A stretch of 46,227 bases of DNA, the filler included, from Sphingomonadaceae bacterium (GTDB lineage Bacteria > Chloroflexota > UBA6077): NCBI GenBank assembly GCA_050261575.1. It is 3 parts of 3 records of this genome, joined end to end, with 100 filler letters (N's around TTAATTAATTAA, not from the genome) between each part and the next. Parts side by side here need not be neighbours in the genome. Positions count along the whole stretch, not along the records: positions 33,526 to 46,227 come from JBLNDL010000103.1; 2 more parts are not named here. The stretch is one strand, 5' to 3'. Below, one piece after another: positions 46,105 through 46,227 of the stretch. A program made the translations under genes and the position numbers. The notes beneath the pieces were generated by a model, which was not told where the DNA came from, ran no database searches, and saw nothing but the letters and a program-made list of their open reading frames with translations. The first letter of the stretch is position 1, and each line of letters starts with the position of its first letter.

Positions 46105-46227
46105 TCACGCCAGCCTGGGCAGGGTCACCTCTTCGAGGGCGATGCCGTCGTCGCTCCGACGGACGACTATGCTCTTGCGCCATCGGGCGTCGTCCCTCTG
46201 CAGGTAGTCCTCCCGGAAGTGGCTCCC
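46105..46227 (-). CDS. 3' end of an SdhA/FrdA/NadB-type flavoprotein (partial, window end)
   Basis: Same 40 codons as 21981-22100 but ending in TGA. Confidence 0.8.
   Translation of the reverse strand, partial: GSHFREDYLQRDDARWRKSIVVRRSDDGIALEEVTLPRLA

Overview
High-GC bacterial DNA made of three contigs joined by artificial N44-TTAATTAATTAA-N44 linkers (22101-22200, 33426-33525). The organism is probably a monoderm; a Chloroflexota affiliation is an inference from gene style. Contig 1 (1-22100) carries acnA, a D-2-hydroxyacid dehydrogenase with a decayed paralogue fragment, Rrf2(IscR-like)-iscS-iscU, an M29 aminopeptidase, trpS, a second Rrf2, rny, a PHP protein, a cell-surface glycan cluster, an FtsH-like protease with a small membrane partner, tRNA-Val(CAC) and a decayed island (hsdM remnant, 75-bp TIR element). 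The glycan cluster comprises two SDRs, a TIM barrel, a CapD-like dehydratase, WecA/TagO and a divergent TagA. Contig 2 (22201-33425) carries a DUF1445 hydro-lyase, an RND transporter with an inserted LysM domain and a probable ATC start, a single-domain response regulator, rsfS (CTG start), ndk, a TPR protein, a methyltransferase and an NRAMP-like/MgtE-cytosolic-domain pair. Contig 3 (33526-46227) carries two secreted polysaccharide-lyase-like proteins and a MaoC / CoA-transferase / enoyl-CoA hydratase / TRAP operon. Contigs 1 and 3 end in the same 121 bp, the 3' end of an SdhA/NadB-type flavoprotein gene. The best leads are the RND-LysM fusion and the atypical nucleotide-sugar cluster, which includes an SqdB-like SDR lacking its catalytic Tyr. 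All protein calls come from motif recognition; no database search was run.
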